IMG/VR virus record: IMGVR_UViG_3300028654_000001
Coordinates: 248,001-312,000 of that record
DNA: 64,000 nt
Reading direction: 5' to 3' (one strand)
Of this stretch, positions 63,501 to 64,000 are shown one piece after another. Under the pieces are notes generated by a model. It was not told the DNA's origin. It did not search any database and was given only the letters and a program-made list of their open reading frames with translations. Every line of letters begins with the position of its first letter. The stretch's first letter is position 1. The translations under genes and the position numbers were made by a program.

Positions 63501-64000
63501 TGAATCCGATCGAAGCAAGCACCTCAAGGGGTTTCTGATTTGGTCTAGTTAGGGTGCTGACTGTAAGAGAGGTCGAGGCTAACTCAAATGCTGTAGCTGA
63601 ATCAAGGGGTCCTCTTTGATACCCAATATCGAGTCCTGAAGAACTAGATGTTTGCCAGGGGTCCCCTTGGTAGACTGACCTGGAATAATTGACCAAAGCT
63701 GTGGCCGTAGCCGGTAACGGCCCAGGCAGAATTGTGTTAGGACCTGGTATTGGTTGAGCTGGGGTAACAGCGGATGAGAGTGCCAATCGGAAAGGCTGGT
63801 TAAGATCAAATGACCCAATACCAAACCCGAAGACACTAGCCTCAATTACATAATCTCCAACTGCAAATGAACTAGGTGGGTGGGGGGCTTTGGAAATATC
63901 AATGGCGTCTGAATTTAGGATGAAGGTGCTAACCCCATTGTTCAAATCATCTCGTTCAATCCAGAATACAGGCCCATCGAAGGACTGACGAAGCAGATTC
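60532..64000 (-). CDS. large virion structural/tail fibre-like protein (partial, open to the right edge)
   Basis: Gly/Ser/Thr-rich repeats (GGxxxxxxGxxxGG). My translation of 63946-64000 has no in-frame stop, so the gene starts beyond the window. Confidence 0.65.
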   Translation of the reverse strand, partial: NLLRQSFDGPVFWIERDDLNNGVSTFILNSDAIDISKAPHPPSSFAVGDYVIEASVFGFGIGSFDLNQPFRLALSSAVTPAQPIPGPNTILPGPLPATATALVNYSRSVYQGDPWQTSSSSGLDIGYQRGPLDSATAFELASTSLTVSTLTRPNQKPLEVLASIGFITSLGTGRLSGDFVQPNTYEPRNVGYEDPVDPSGVRPYPPTVASGGASTPRPITKLGAIGSSSIFSDLEANPDYLGLTTRLPLGALYRDMDFHGGRFSDDFASPLIYTSNTGVGSGVAGLGSSTTLDQTETSSMPSETSAGLPGDVIILVDGSQSYSSLTNFRTNRGGSAFIGSGDRPGGEIFATYERILGSVSGTRALVGRAFLVRNSLTSVGSAQVSAGDELMMAIVTNVMELNTTPSEAMILLGTNGSGESVSGADLYRIEGHPLLANHTFYNVDPTTIDLPIGKTISQIVDPPAIESFPKGAPNTVYASNGTYNFWSNAPTLTALFLTNDLSVGGTASIAGDVLISSNALTFTNASHISTSNRSSGTTSTLIISTGDGTGTASTGNLTVASGTSSGSGTAGGLVLVGGSSTGSSGNGGGVTLAGGTTFDGNGGNVAIRGGTAGVGNGGDVTVSAGLGTITNGTVSVRIGPLVTVASFTNTDLILGPSNSGNYGIHFTAETTNTTIDQDDALTGNGSELTIKSQVAAPGNNDGGGIRIVAGQSTGSGRTGTIQVANGLRSNLLISATDTESAFFDHNITELGDPNAVDVYSLTFSSRVLAPKIGQKSTNGDGETLTIKSADVATAFQGKGGDLGIFAGNALGDVSHPHPGGDIYLKAGKGSFSSMGKVFLQVENGTTMSPSPVTVMVVGVDGVHLYNPAVTFDENIGNPIVISQADVLTGSFGENFKIQAQNGKQLAGSSQDGGGLFLISGKHGPSGGADGAVNLYLGSEVYPILAADRTGLAFRGSSSGNNGFGLVESSANPPAMPNNCTSAIFSFGSPLSAANQLRYSDGSSVTRYIEGVTERVVVNSTSIINPITSANPVISASPVLLSAFPQAFTVEGGDLLEGTVIVHLVAAASAGNIASFYLILVDGVTPVDITTYQFPMDNGVDVYLTVPFSYTVSNTNSGTVSIKAEAAVSGGSLNVTTPSNGDKWLFAKHIVGAAGT

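Noticed and set aside
538-63845. Numerous 60-195 aa ORFs antisense to or nested in the annotated genes (e.g. 9694-10140, 40098-40682, 54400-54948, 62042-62554)
   Set aside because: Shadow frames of long genes, with no motifs or independent start signals.
1-64000. tRNA, rRNA or alternative genetic code
   Set aside because: No cloverleaf or rRNA-like segment was recognised by eye, and intergenic gaps are short. Conserved enzymes read through intact in the standard code, so there is no sign of stop-codon reassignment. tRNAscan-SE would be needed to be sure.

Overview
This is a gene-dense, mostly minus-strand fragment that looks like part of a large (jumbo-type) tailed bacteriophage genome; that assignment is inferred from gene content, with no rRNA or ribosomal genes seen and no tRNA recognised by eye. 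Replication genes: family A DNA polymerase, DnaB-like helicase, a stand-alone primase Zn finger, a degenerate DnaC-like loader, an SNF2 helicase and RNase HII. Nucleotide-metabolism genes: dNMP kinase, an NDT-like/Nudix fusion, ThyX, MazG-like, 5'(3')-deoxyribonucleotidase, HAD and DHH enzymes. Host-like genes: a FliA-like sigma factor, ClpX, a DnaJ-domain protein, a GT51 peptidoglycan transglycosylase, a Dam methylase and a Ycf46/DUF1257/DUF2997 trio. It also has five LAGLIDADG inteins, a probable lysis cassette and a partial tail-fibre-like gene at the right edge. The main candidate novel system is an intact TnpB/Cas12-like RuvC nuclease gene (37339-38967) with no transposase or cas1/cas2. 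It is preceded by the phage's own promoter-like motif and followed by a degenerate CRISPR-like mini-array of 36-nt repeats (36934-37267). Two other genome-wide patterns stand out: a YGGTGTA motif mostly 9-15 nt upstream of start codons, and a family of unrelated proteins sharing an 'hh-x-(R/S/T/N)-V-(A/V)-x-R-(Y/F/W/V)' leader that may be a capsid-targeting or processing signal. All family assignments come from motif recognition by eye; no database searches were run.
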